Counted from the first letter of the stretch, positions 1-9,483 are shown. The stretch is 64,000 nt of DNA from Chitinophagales bacterium (GCA_023957235.1 JAMLHI010000006.1:77525-141524); one strand, 5' to 3'. Program-made: numbers and translations. The notes: generated by a model from the sequence alone, not told the origin.

Positions 1-2
1 AA

Positions 3-410
3 GTGTTCAGTATTGGCTCTTCTTTTGAAAACGAAAGTAAAAGTATAGCTGTTCATAGTCAAGTGATTGGAGATAAAACTAGGCTAATTGATGGAATGAA
101 TGTGATTGGTATTGTCAATGTTGGCAATGAACTTTCTCAAGCTGTTCCAGATAATGCTATAGTAGAAGCAGAAGGAAAATACTTTGTTATTGTTAAAATG
201 CAAGAAAATGAGATTCCGGCAGATGAAAAGGAACATGGTGGTGTATGGTTCAAAAGGGTAGAAGTCTTCAAGGGAGTTTCAGATTTGGGATATACTGCGA
301 TTACTCCAATTACCGAACTATCATCTCAAGATGAAATTATAACTAAAAATGCATTTTTTGTTTATGCTAAAATGAGTAATAGCGGAGGAGAGCATGCTCA
401 TGCTCACTAA
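3..410 (+). CDS. Periplasmic adaptor (membrane-fusion) subunit of an RND/heavy-metal efflux pump, C-terminal fragment; 5' end outside window
   Basis: ORF is open to the window edge. The beta-rich C-terminal region and His-rich tail (GGEHAHAH) resemble CzcB/HlyD-type adaptors. This is resemblance only. Confidence 0.45.
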   Translation: MFSIGSSFENESKSIAVHSQVIGDKTRLIDGMNVIGIVNVGNELSQAVPDNAIVEAEGKYFVIVKMQENEIPADEKEHGGVWFKRVEVFKGVSDLGYTAITPITELSSQDEIITKNAFFVYAKMSNSGGEHAHAH

Positions 411-438
411 GTAATAAAATAACTAGGAGCTATGTGTG

Positions 439-1407
439 TTAAACTCCTCTTTTTTTAATTTTTTCCATAATGATAGAAGTGATTTCCAATGCTTTATATC
501 CGTGGTCAATATTAACAATAGGTTTTTCATCATTAATGATAGCGTGTGCAAAGCTGTCCATCTGATATTTTAAAGTGTCATATTCCTGAGGGCTAATAGG
601 CTGAAAAGTGATAAATTTCTTTTCTTCATTGATGATAGTCGGAATTGCACCAGTGGAGGTTTGACTATCTATGTATGTATAATCTGCTTTTTGCTTAATA
701 AAATCTATCTCGTATTTTTTATGATGTTCATACATCGTCATGGTTCTTTGCTTATGCGAGATAGAGTAACCAGCATTGAGATGGGCAACACAACCATTGT
801 CAAACTCAATCCTAGCAAATATTGTATCCGTATATTGTCCTAATATAGTAACTCCTGATGCATGAATGTATTTGATATTGGCATTGACAAGATTTAATAT
901 TAAGTCAATATCGTTGATGATAAGTTGAAAAACAGAAAATTCAGTCAGCTTCTTAGAATTGAACATTGCAATTCGGTGGGTCTCTATCAATAAGGGGTTT
1001 GTAGAGAATGATTGGATATGAGTAAAAATAGGGTTAAAGCGTTCTATATGTCCAATTTGTACTTTAATATTAGCTTCTCTAGCTAGCTCTGTTAATAATT
1101 TGGCTTCAGAAATATCTTCTGTGATAGGTCCTTGAATGAAGAGATGCTTGCTTTTGAGTAAAACCTTTTTAGCATAGCGAAAGTGTGAATTTGCCGGAGT
1201 TACAATATCTATTACATCGACATGATTGATTAATTCTTCAAAGTCTTGATAAATTGGAACATTATAGTCTTCTTGAATTCTCTTGAGCTTCTCTATATCT
1301 TTATCATAACAACCGATTAATTCGAAAAAGGAAGAGTTATTAAAATATTCCAAATGAATGCTTCCTTGTCTTCCAATACCAATTATTCCTACTTTGAGTC
1401 TTTGCAT
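439..1407 (-). CDS. Gfo/Idh/MocA family NAD(P)-dependent oxidoreductase
   Basis: N-terminal Rossmann motif KVGIIGIGRQG and family-typical length. The track ORF begins at a TTG (1422); the first ATG is at 1407. Confidence 0.8.
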   Translation of the reverse strand: MQRLKVGIIGIGRQGSIHLEYFNNSSFFELIGCYDKDIEKLKRIQEDYNVPIYQDFEELINHVDVIDIVTPANSHFRYAKKVLLKSKHLFIQGPITEDISEAKLLTELAREANIKVQIGHIERFNPIFTHIQSFSTNPLLIETHRIAMFNSKKLTEFSVFQLIINDIDLILNLVNANIKYIHASGVTILGQYTDTIFARIEFDNGCVAHLNAGYSISHKQRTMTMYEHHKKYEIDFIKQKADYTYIDSQTSTGAIPTIINEEKKFITFQPISPQEYDTLKYQMDSFAHAIINDEKPIVNIDHGYKALEITSIIMEKIKKRGV

Positions 1408-1498
1408 AACTCTAAAATACAAATCTATGTATGTTATTCTTACCTTAAAATATGCACAATGTTTATAAATGAAAAATTCTTTAAGTAATTTTGCATAA

Positions 1499-2821
1499 AT
1501 GAATAGCGGAAAAACAGTTGCGTTTTATACATTAGGTTGTAAATTGAATTTTTCTGAGACTTCTGCCATAGGACGTTCCATGGAATCTGCAGGTTTTCAG
1601 ATAGTTGACTATGATTCTCCTTCAGATGTATATGTGATAAATACTTGTTCTGTAACAGATAATGCAGATAAAAAATGTCGTTATTATGTTCGTAAAGCGT
1701 TGAGAAACAATCCTGATGCTTATGTTGTAGTGATTGGATGTTATGCACAATTGAAGCCCAATGAGATAGTAGAAATCAAAGGTGTAGATTTAGTTTTAGG
1801 AGCTGCAGAGAAATTTAGATTGCCTGAAATTCTCCATGATTTGAGCAAGAATGCATGTGGGCAGGTCATTGCTTCTAATATTAAAGCAGCAGATTTTTTT
1901 GTAAGTGCATATTCTGTGGGTGATCGAACAAGGTCTTTTTTGAAGGTACAAGATGGCTGTGATTATAAATGTTCATTTTGTACAATTCCATTAGCTAGAG
2001 GGCAAAGTCGTAGCGACTTGCCTGAAAATGTGATTGCCAATGTGAAAGATTTAGCTAGCAAAGGTGTAAAGGAAATAGTCTTAACTGGTGTCAATACTGG
2101 AGACTATGGAAAAGGATTGGATGATGAATGGAATTTTTTAAAATTGATTCAAGAGTTAGATGAAATTGAAGGTATTGAAAGGTTTAGAATTTCTTCCATT
2201 GAGCCTAATTTGTTAAGCAATGAAATTATAGAATTTTGTGCTCAGAGCAAAAGATTTGTACCTCATTTTCATATGCCATTACAGTCGGGTTCGGATGAGA
2301 TGCTTGCTTCAATGCGTAGGAGATATAAAAAGGATTTATATGCCAACCGTGTGAGCTATATCCGTCAGCTGATGCCAGATGCTTGTATTGGAGTGGATGT
2401 AATTGTTGGGTTTGCAGGAGAGTCAGATGAATATTTTGAAGAAACAGTTGCCTTTTTAAAGTCAATGGATGTTTCTTATTTCCATGTATTTACTTTTTCT
2501 GAACGCGCTAATACCAAAGCATTAGAATTGGATAATGTTGTTCCTCAAAAGGTGAGAGAAGAACGTAATGCTAGATTATCTATTCTTTCCGAGAAGAAAC
2601 GCAGAGAGTTTTACCAAAGATTTATTGGTAAAACAATGACGATATTGCCTGAAGATGAAAATAAAAATGGGTTAATGTATGGTTTTACAGATAATTATTT
2701 GAAAGTAGCCATACCTTATGATGAACAATTAGTTAATCAATTGGTCAAAGTAGAATTGTTAGGCTTCACAGAAGATGGATATCTAGAAGGTAAGGTTTTG
2801 GTTAGTCAACTTGCTATGTAA
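1499..2821 (+). CDS. mtaB: tRNA methylthiotransferase MtaB (MiaB-like radical SAM enzyme)
   Basis: N-terminal YTLGCKLN...NTCSVT cysteines, radical-SAM CxxxCxxC (CDYKCSFC), TRAM-like C-terminus, 440 aa. Confidence 0.85.
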   Translation: MNSGKTVAFYTLGCKLNFSETSAIGRSMESAGFQIVDYDSPSDVYVINTCSVTDNADKKCRYYVRKALRNNPDAYVVVIGCYAQLKPNEIVEIKGVDLVLGAAEKFRLPEILHDLSKNACGQVIASNIKAADFFVSAYSVGDRTRSFLKVQDGCDYKCSFCTIPLARGQSRSDLPENVIANVKDLASKGVKEIVLTGVNTGDYGKGLDDEWNFLKLIQELDEIEGIERFRISSIEPNLLSNEIIEFCAQSKRFVPHFHMPLQSGSDEMLASMRRRYKKDLYANRVSYIRQLMPDACIGVDVIVGFAGESDEYFEETVAFLKSMDVSYFHVFTFSERANTKALELDNVVPQKVREERNARLSILSEKKRREFYQRFIGKTMTILPEDENKNGLMYGFTDNYLKVAIPYDEQLVNQLVKVELLGFTEDGYLEGKVLVSQLAM

Positions 2822-2826
2822 ATTTG

Positions 2827-2860
2827 AAAAAGCTGTCCGAAAATTCGGACAGCTTTTTTT
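2827..2860. terminator. Bidirectional Rho-independent terminator between convergent mtaB and lipoprotein gene
   Basis: Perfect 9-bp stem agctgtccg / cggacagct (2831-2839 / 2846-2854) with a 6-nt loop. It is flanked by an A-run upstream and a T-run downstream. Confidence 0.75.
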
Positions 2861-2883
2861 AGGTTATTTTACCAATTGTTTTT

Positions 2884-4617
2884 CTAATCTTTTACACAAC
2901 GACAAGAAAGACCGACTGCTCTTGATTGAAAAAGCTCGGTTAATTTACTGTTATTATAAGCTAATCCATAATAAAAGGCATCTGTATTTGCTGAAGATGG
3001 AGTTGGTGTAGAACTCCACCAATAACCAATTTCACCAAAAGAATAGAATGATGGATAAGTTCTAATGGATCTCCATCCTCCGGGCAATCCGGTAAATCCA
3101 CTCTCATTAGTGGCGTTGGTCTTTGGAGTTTTCCAATCATCCGTTGTAGATTTCATCTTATCTCCCGCATAGCCTTCTCCACCTAAATAATTGCGCAAGG
3201 TAAGCCATTCTATATTTGTGGGAATATGCCATCCATTCGGACACAAATTACCTGTATTCACCGCAAACCAATTATATAGTTTGCCATAAGGCTGGTTATA
3301 TGCCGAGTTATTTTCATAATAAGCCCAAGCAGGAGTGTTTTGTTTACTTAAGAAGATAGCTCTCCAATCGTCATCATTTGTTACTTCAGCAATATTTCCC
3401 TCATATCTCAAGTTCTCGGCAAACCATGTCTGATTTCCTATTGTTACGACTTTATATTGCTCTCCATCTCTCGTATCAATAAAAATACCTGATTCAGGGT
3501 CGTTTGTATCTTCTTCTTCATCTGCCCATTCATAATATATTTTCAGACCGGCAATTTCCAGCATCTTTTCATCTGCATGATACACATAAGTATATTGAGC
3601 GGTAGAATCCACATCTTTATATACTGCATCAGTAATAATATAATCGGATGCTTGCTTCCCATCAACGAATTTTTTACCTTGTATATGCTTTGAAGATATC
3701 AGTTGATTTCCTTGTTCGGGAATACTATATGCATCCGTCAGACCAAAAGATATGATCCAATCCGCAAAACTATATTTGTATTTCGCCACCTTTTGTGCAT
3801 GTTTAATATCGCCTCTTGTGAAATTAGATTCAGGCAATAAGTCATATTCTTGTTGGAAATAATAATCTTCAAAACTAATCGGACTCAATCCCAAAACAGC
3901 TTGATTGATTTTGCGGATTAAATCTTTAGGAACACCGTCAGCTTTTTGGTAAGATACCTGTATTTCAAATTCCTGTCCTATCTTTGGCGAGCTTTGTATT
4001 CCGTTTAAATAATTTTCGATTTTATAATTTTTTACAAGTCCATTATCATAATTTTCTACTTGTATCTCTCCACCTCTAACACCTAACATTAAATCACTAC
4101 GGGTAATTTTTGTAAGGTTTCCAGTAGAATTATATGTATAGTTGATATTTCTTGAATACTGAGGCCCATTACCAAGACTAACTTGAAAAATATTAGAGCC
4201 ACTGACTATTTTTTCATTTTCTACATTTAATGTAATATTCATCAAACTCAATAGACTAATATTAGCAAAGTCGGCACTGACATCAAAATCATATTTTTCA
4301 TTATCGGATGAGCTATTATAGTAAGTATTAGAAGAATATCCACGCCATACGTTGACTCCTTGTAATGCACCATCAGAATAGTGATAGTCCACACTCATAA
4401 GTTCATCCGTATCAAAAGGGAATGAATTAGGACTTTCAGTCTGCTCTACCCTTACAATTCTGACCTTTCTATCATCATTGGATGTAGGGTTGTCATTGCC
4501 GGAGTCCGTAGATCCCGGATTTTCTGTTGTAGGAGGTTGTGGAGTAGTTGGTGGGAGCAAATCTTTTTTACATGCTATTATTCCCAACAACAGTGTGAAA
4601 TAAATTAACTTCTTCAT
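2884..4617 (-). CDS. Lipoprotein with C-terminal FISUMP (Fibrobacter succinogenes major paralogous, TIGR02145-like) domain and a long N-terminal extension
   Basis: Lipobox LLLGIIAC. C-terminal motifs GKLYNWFAV, CPNGWHIPT, NESGFTGLPGGWR, GYWWSST, ending CRCVKD; a paralogue lies at 60474-61208. Confidence 0.8.
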   Translation of the reverse strand: MKKLIYFTLLLGIIACKKDLLPPTTPQPPTTENPGSTDSGNDNPTSNDDRKVRIVRVEQTESPNSFPFDTDELMSVDYHYSDGALQGVNVWRGYSSNTYYNSSSDNEKYDFDVSADFANISLLSLMNITLNVENEKIVSGSNIFQVSLGNGPQYSRNINYTYNSTGNLTKITRSDLMLGVRGGEIQVENYDNGLVKNYKIENYLNGIQSSPKIGQEFEIQVSYQKADGVPKDLIRKINQAVLGLSPISFEDYYFQQEYDLLPESNFTRGDIKHAQKVAKYKYSFADWIISFGLTDAYSIPEQGNQLISSKHIQGKKFVDGKQASDYIITDAVYKDVDSTAQYTYVYHADEKMLEIAGLKIYYEWADEEEDTNDPESGIFIDTRDGEQYKVVTIGNQTWFAENLRYEGNIAEVTNDDDWRAIFLSKQNTPAWAYYENNSAYNQPYGKLYNWFAVNTGNLCPNGWHIPTNIEWLTLRNYLGGEGYAGDKMKSTTDDWKTPKTNATNESGFTGLPGGWRSIRTYPSFYSFGEIGYWWSSTPTPSSANTDAFYYGLAYNNSKLTELFQSRAVGLSCRCVKD

Positions 4618-4949
4618 AATTGTTAGTTTTTATTGTTTGATAATATTTAAAGTGGAAAATACCACGTATTTTGACTCTAACTCACGGATGTTATCTTGGG
4701 CGTTAACCTGATTATAACTAAATACAAGCAAAAGAAAGATTACTTTCTTTAAGAGTGAAAACCTGCCACTTGAATTAAAATTTCTCATAGCCAACTGTCT
4801 TTCATAGAATTTAGATTAATTATTTCAAAATAACAATCTTTTTAACATTTAAATATTATATTTATTTTTACCAATACATATAATTATTTCAAAAATAAGG
4901 TGATGTGGACAAAAATAGTATTTCTCATCTTCTGAATCCCTCACCATTA

Positions 4950-5370
4950 CTATGTTTGCGCTAAATGAAAGGTTTTGAATAAAATTATGCAAATACTGTG
5001 GAAAGAGTTTTGTTCGAAAACATGGTGTTCAAAATGGGAGACTATGTTATAAATTAATACTTTTTGGTTAGTAATGAGGCTCTTGTATTCTAGTAAAAAT
5101 TTTTGCTTTTCTAATAGCTTTACTTTAGCCTTTAGTTCCGATATGCATTGTTCAGGTTTTTTAGGCATATGTGAGGAGGGGAGAGTTTCCTTAATCAAAG
5201 TTGCTATAATTTCTGAGCCAAAGCATAACTGTTGAACGAAATTGTATGCTATACTTTCTTTGTGCTGCACTTGAACTTAGTTGCCCAAATTCTATTTCTT
5301 TAATAACTTGTAGTTTTATAATTAGCGAATAATCTTTTTGTGTATGATTTTTATAATTTGTCTTTTTTCT
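4950..5370 (-). pseudogene. Decayed IS-type transposase OrfA (HTH plus leucine-zipper) remnant, no start codon, frameshifted, no catalytic OrfB
   Basis: Minus-strand translation gives (stop)INFYRKKTNYKNHTQKDYSLIIKLQVIKEIEFGQLSSSAAQRKYSIQFRSTVMLWLRNYSNFD(stop). This resembles IS3-like OrfA HTH regions. A second frame (track ORF 4950-5270) continues with a zipper-like ELKAKVKLLEKQKFLLEYK. Confidence 0.45.
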
Positions 5371-5663
5371 ATAAAAATTTATTTATTCACATATAATTAT
5401 ATGTGCTTAAATTAATTTATAATTAGAGTATTGTTCCATTAAAGACGATTTGTATAAAACTTGATTAAAGTTTAAAGTAATGTTGTTCTCCATAAAAGTA
5501 TTTGTATTGATGATCAAACAATTAGTTTTGCTCTCTTAATATTGAAAAATATAGAAAATGATATAAATAGATTGTATAAATATTTTATTTTATTTATATT
5601 TTTAAATTTATAAATTACTATTTTGATAGCTTAAATATTGCTAAAATATATTCTTGGTCTCTA

Positions 5664-5710
5664 TACCCTATTTATGGTATTGTGCTTGCTATTTTCTGCA
5701 AATAACTTTA
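5664..5710 (+). promoter_or_regulatory. Candidate promoter with upstream dyad (TACC-N8-GGTA), TTG -33 element and TAACTTTA -7 element for the fibre operon
   Basis: TACCCTATTTATGGTATTGTG (5664-5684), then 19 nt, then TAACTTTA (5703-5710). The same cassette with identical spacing occurs at 9588-9634. It fits the Bacteroidetes TTG / TAnnTTTG promoter pattern, with the final G replaced by A. Confidence 0.4.
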
Positions 5711-5758
5711 CAATAAATTAATTATTAGTGATTTTATAACTAATTAAAAAATTATTGT

Positions 5759-6229
5759 ATGAAAAATTCACTTCTCTTACTTTTATTTTCCTTGTTATCT
5801 GTATCCGCCTTGGCTCAGGAATCATTTGTCAGTCTTGGAGGAGATGTTTTTGGAAATACAGCAAGCATGAGTTATTCAATAGGTCAGTTGAATTATCTTT
5901 CAACTAAAACAGGTACACATCTTATAGTTGAAGGAGTACAACAACCTGAATTAAAAAAGCCAACGGGTATTGTTATTTATAAAAATTTATATATTGATGC
6001 TTGGCCAAATCCTACGACCAATAGGTTGCACCTTCAAATAAATGGTGAATTGCCTCAGAAAATTGAATATGTTATGTTCGATGTCAAAGGGCAATATCAA
6101 TTCTCAAAGCGACTAACGAATTCTTCAGTAGATATTGATGTAAGTTCTCTTTTGCCAGGTGTATATATGTTGAATGTCATGGCAGACCAACAAGTGATTA
6201 AAAATTTTAAAATTATCAAACTTCAATAA
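5759..6229 (+). CDS. Small secreted protein with T9SS type-A C-terminal sorting domain
   Basis: Signal peptide ending SALAQE. The C-terminal ~80 aa has a Por-tail pattern (AWPNPTTNRLHLQI...LLPGVYMLNV...IIKLQ). It lies 26 nt upstream of the fibre gene. Confidence 0.75.
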   Translation: MKNSLLLLLFSLLSVSALAQESFVSLGGDVFGNTASMSYSIGQLNYLSTKTGTHLIVEGVQQPELKKPTGIVIYKNLYIDAWPNPTTNRLHLQINGELPQKIEYVMFDVKGQYQFSKRLTNSSVDIDVSSLLPGVYMLNVMADQQVIKNFKIIKLQ

Positions 6230-6255
6230 AATTTACTCACAATAAATTTATTCTT

Positions 6256-9200
6256 ATGAAAAAGCTAAGCATTACTTTACTATTTTTTCTTTTTTCTCTG
6301 CTGTTTGTCTATGCACAACTGCCCAAAAAACTAAGTTACCAAGCTATTATAAGAGATAATAATGGTCAAGTTATTTCTAACCATTCTATAGGTTTGAAGG
6401 TTGAAATATCCAATGGATTTGTTGTTTATTCCATACCAGTTCTAAGTGGATTGCAGACGAATAGTGTGGGACTTTTGAGTACTGATTTAGATTTGAGTAA
6501 TCAAAATATAGATTGGAGTCAAGGCCCTTTTACTATGAAAGTGCTAGTAAGTACGCAAGATGATGGAAATTATGATTTGATAACAGAGAAAGAAATTTCA
6601 AGTGTCCCTTATGCATTATTTGCTTTAGATGGAAATGTTGGTCCAAAAGGAGAAAAGGGTGACAAAGGTGATGCTGGGACTGGTATCACAGTCAAAGGTT
6701 CGCTTACAAGCCCAAATGATTTACCTGCAAGTGGAAATGATGGTGATGCCTATTTGATAGACGGTTCACTATATGTATGGACTGGCAACGGATGGGAAAA
6801 TGTAGGAAATATTCAAGGTCCCAAAGGCGATAAAGGAGATACTGGAGCTACTGGTTCACAAGGTATCCAAGGTGAAAAAGGAGAACAAGGTATAGCAGGA
6901 CAGCAAGGTCCAAAAGGCGATAAGGGTGATGCTGGAACTACTGGACCACAAGGTATTCAAGGTGAAAAGGGAGAACAAGGTATAGCAGGATTACAAGGTC
7001 CGAAAGGAGATAAAGGAGAAGCAGGTACAGGAGTAACTATCAAAGGTTCGCTTACAAGTCCAAATGATTTACCTGCAAGTGGAAATGATGGTGATGCCTA
7101 TTTGATAGACGGTTCTCTTTATGTATGGACTGGCAACGGATGGGAAAATGTAGGAAATATTCAAGGTCCAAAAGGCGATGCTGGAGCTACTGGCCCACAA
7201 GGTATTCAAGGTGAAAAAGGAGAACAAGGCATAGCAGGACAGCAAGGTCCAAAAGGTGATAAAGGAGATGCTGGAGCTACTGGCCCACAAGGTATTCAAG
7301 GTGAAAAGGGAGAACAAGGTATAGCAGGATTACAAGGTCCAAAAGGAGATAAAGGAGATGCTGGAGCTACTGGTCCACAAGGTATCCAAGGAGAAAAAGG
7401 AGAACAAGGCATAGCAGGACAGCAAGGTCCAAAAGGCGATAAGGGTGATGCTGGAGCTACTGGACCACAAGGTATTCAGGGTGAAAAAGGAGAGCAAGGT
7501 ATAGCTGGGCTACAAGGTCCAAAAGGAGATAAGGGTGATGCTGGAGCTACTGGACCACAAGGTATTCAGGGTGAAAAAGGAGAGCATGGTATAGCTGGGC
7601 TACAAGGTCCAAAAGGCGATGCTGGAGCTACTGGCCCACAAGGTATTCAAGGTGAAAAAGGAGAACAAGGTATAGCAGGATTACAAGGTCCAAAAGGCGA
7701 TAAAGGTGATGTTGGTGCAACAGGTATTCAAGGTATTCAAGGTGAAAAGGGAGAACAAGGTATAGCAGGGCTACAAGGTCCAAAAGGCGATAAAGGTGAT
7801 GTCGGTGCAACAGGTCCACAAGGTGTTCAAGGAGAAAAAGGAGAACAAGGTATAGCAGGACAGCAAGGTTCAAAAGGAGATAAAGGTGATGCTGGAGCTA
7901 CTGGTCCACAAGGTATTCAAGGTGAAAAAGGCGAACAAGGTATAGCTGGACTACAAGGTCCAAAAGGTGAAAAAGGTGATGCTGGAGCTACTGGACCACA
8001 AGGTATTCAAGGTGAAAAAGGAGAGCAAGGTATAGCTGGGCTACAAGGTCCAAAAGGAGATAAAGGGGACAAAGGAGATCCAGGGTCATATATTGCAGGG
8101 ACTGGAATTACAATCTCTGCTGGAGGTAATACCATTTCTGCCAATAATACTTTACCTATTTGGAATGCCAATCAACTACAATCCACAGGTGTTTCAAGTA
8201 CAGTTCCTACGATTGGTCAAGTGTTAGAATATAACGGTCAACAATGGGAGCCAGCTGATAAAGAGAATTTTTCAAGTTTTTTTAAATCTGATAATAATCA
8301 AATTACTTATAACGATTCTGCAGATTATGGTAAGAGTTTTCTAGTGAATACTTCATCTATCAACTATGCTGGAGGAAATAGCCAACAAGCTGAATATAAA
8401 TTGATGTTTTTACCTAGCAAAAAGGGTGCTTTTAGAGCAGGTTCAGTAGGATATACAGATTGGGATGAAAATAATATTGGAGAAGGTAGCATTGCTTTAG
8501 GAAAATCTTCTACTGCAAGTGGAGAAAATGCAGTTGCTATTGGTAGCTTTAATTTAGCTTCTGGTATTAATGCAGTTGCAATTGGAACATCAAGTCAAGC
8601 AACAAATATTTATGCGATGGCATTAGGTTTTAATAGTACTGCTTCAGGAGATAATTCCAAATCAATGGGATATGGATCTACTGCCTCTGGTAGTAATTCT
8701 TTAGCAACTGGATATATTTCAAATGCTTTAGGTAATAATTCTACCGCAATGGGGTCTTTTACTACCGCATCGGGCATTAGCTCTACTTCTTTGGGCACTA
8801 GCACATTGGCTGCAGGAGAAAATTCAATAGCTATGGGAAGAAATGCCACAACAGAAGTAAATAACTCTCTTGTTTATGGGTCTTATATTACTTTAGATAA
8901 AAATTCTCAAGGAAGTGTCATTTTAGCTGATGCTTCACGTAGCAGCAGTAATACAAAAATCTTTACAAGTACTCCTAATGTTTTTTACGGATTGTTTGCA
9001 GGAGGCTATCGCTTTTATACTGATGCTAATGGAACAGTTGGATTAGGTGTAGCTCCTGGTGGCAATAGTTGGGTAACTATTTCTGATAGTACCAAAAAGG
9101 AAAACTTCCAGCCATCTTCAGATATTTTAAGTAAAATTTCTAAAATGAAATTAGGTTCATGGAATTATAAAGGTCAGGATAAAAATGCTTTCAGGCACTA

Positions 9201-9483
9201 CGGACCGATGGCGCAGGAATTTTATCACTATTTTGGTCATGACGGTATCGGAACAGTAGGAAATGATACTACTATTGCATCTTCAGATATTGATGGAGTG
9301 ATGATGATTGCGATCCAGCAACTCATACAAGAAAACGAGCAACTCAAAACCGAAATCAGTGCCTTGAAATCTGAAAATAATACACTCAAAGTAAGTATTG
9401 AATCTGAATTGAGTATTTTAAAAGCTGACATAGCAAATTTAAAAGTTGGTATTAACAATAGCGGTATTGTGGAAAAAGAATAA
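6256..9483 (+). CDS. Chimeric surface fibre: collagen-like GXY repeats, YadA-head (Hep_Hag)-like repeats, and a C-terminal S74-type intramolecular chaperone (tail-fibre) domain with coiled coil
   Basis: Signal peptide. GXY triplets span 6640-8085. G-x-N-S/A-x-A-x-G repeats lie at about 8479-8850 (GENAVAIG, GINAVAIG, GDNSKSMG, GSNSLATG, GNNSTAMG, GENSIAMG). An S74-like segment ISDSTKKENF...YGPMAQEF...DGVMMIAIQQL starts at about 9079, followed by heptad-like ENEQLKTEISALKSEN. Confidence 0.85.
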   Translation: MKKLSITLLFFLFSLLFVYAQLPKKLSYQAIIRDNNGQVISNHSIGLKVEISNGFVVYSIPVLSGLQTNSVGLLSTDLDLSNQNIDWSQGPFTMKVLVSTQDDGNYDLITEKEISSVPYALFALDGNVGPKGEKGDKGDAGTGITVKGSLTSPNDLPASGNDGDAYLIDGSLYVWTGNGWENVGNIQGPKGDKGDTGATGSQGIQGEKGEQGIAGQQGPKGDKGDAGTTGPQGIQGEKGEQGIAGLQGPKGDKGEAGTGVTIKGSLTSPNDLPASGNDGDAYLIDGSLYVWTGNGWENVGNIQGPKGDAGATGPQGIQGEKGEQGIAGQQGPKGDKGDAGATGPQGIQGEKGEQGIAGLQGPKGDKGDAGATGPQGIQGEKGEQGIAGQQGPKGDKGDAGATGPQGIQGEKGEQGIAGLQGPKGDKGDAGATGPQGIQGEKGEHGIAGLQGPKGDAGATGPQGIQGEKGEQGIAGLQGPKGDKGDVGATGIQGIQGEKGEQGIAGLQGPKGDKGDVGATGPQGVQGEKGEQGIAGQQGSKGDKGDAGATGPQGIQGEKGEQGIAGLQGPKGEKGDAGATGPQGIQGEKGEQGIAGLQGPKGDKGDKGDPGSYIAGTGITISAGGNTISANNTLPIWNANQLQSTGVSSTVPTIGQVLEYNGQQWEPADKENFSSFFKSDNNQITYNDSADYGKSFLVNTSSINYAGGNSQQAEYKLMFLPSKKGAFRAGSVGYTDWDENNIGEGSIALGKSSTASGENAVAIGSFNLASGINAVAIGTSSQATNIYAMALGFNSTASGDNSKSMGYGSTASGSNSLATGYISNALGNNSTAMGSFTTASGISSTSLGTSTLAAGENSIAMGRNATTEVNNSLVYGSYITLDKNSQGSVILADASRSSSNTKIFTSTPNVFYGLFAGGYRFYTDANGTVGLGVAPGGNSWVTISDSTKKENFQPSSDILSKISKMKLGSWNYKGQDKNAFRHYGPMAQEFYHYFGHDGIGTVGNDTTIASSDIDGVMMIAIQQLIQENEQLKTEISALKSENNTLKVSIESELSILKADIANLKVGINNSGIVEKE
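6640..8085 (+). repeat. Intragenic tandem repeats: 12 copies of a 90-bp (two are 81-bp) collagen unit plus a ~348-bp macro-duplication
   Basis: The unit encodes GPKGDKGDAGATGPQGIQGEKGEQGIAG(L/Q)Q. A globular insert (KGSLTSPNDLPASGNDGDAYLIDGSLYVWTGNGWENVGNIQ) is duplicated at 6693-6830 and 7041-7178 with only a few mismatches. Confidence 0.9.

Noticed and set aside
1440-1748. 102-aa minus-strand ORF overlapping the mtaB start
   Set aside because: It is antisense to a strongly supported radical-SAM gene, with no motifs.
4950-5270. 106-aa ORF as an intact gene
   Set aside because: Only its middle part has transposase-OrfA zipper character. The matching HTH part lies in another frame upstream without a start codon. 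It is treated as a pseudogene remnant instead.
6640-8085. Possible CRISPR array because of the highly regular repeats
   Set aside because: The whole 90-bp unit repeats without variable spacers. It lies in frame inside a long ORF and encodes perfect GXY collagen triplets.
7069-9458. Antisense ORFs within the fibre gene (7069-7317, 7628-7873, 8610-8849, 9237-9458)
   Set aside because: They are shadow frames of repetitive coding DNA. The sense strand has strong domain-level support.
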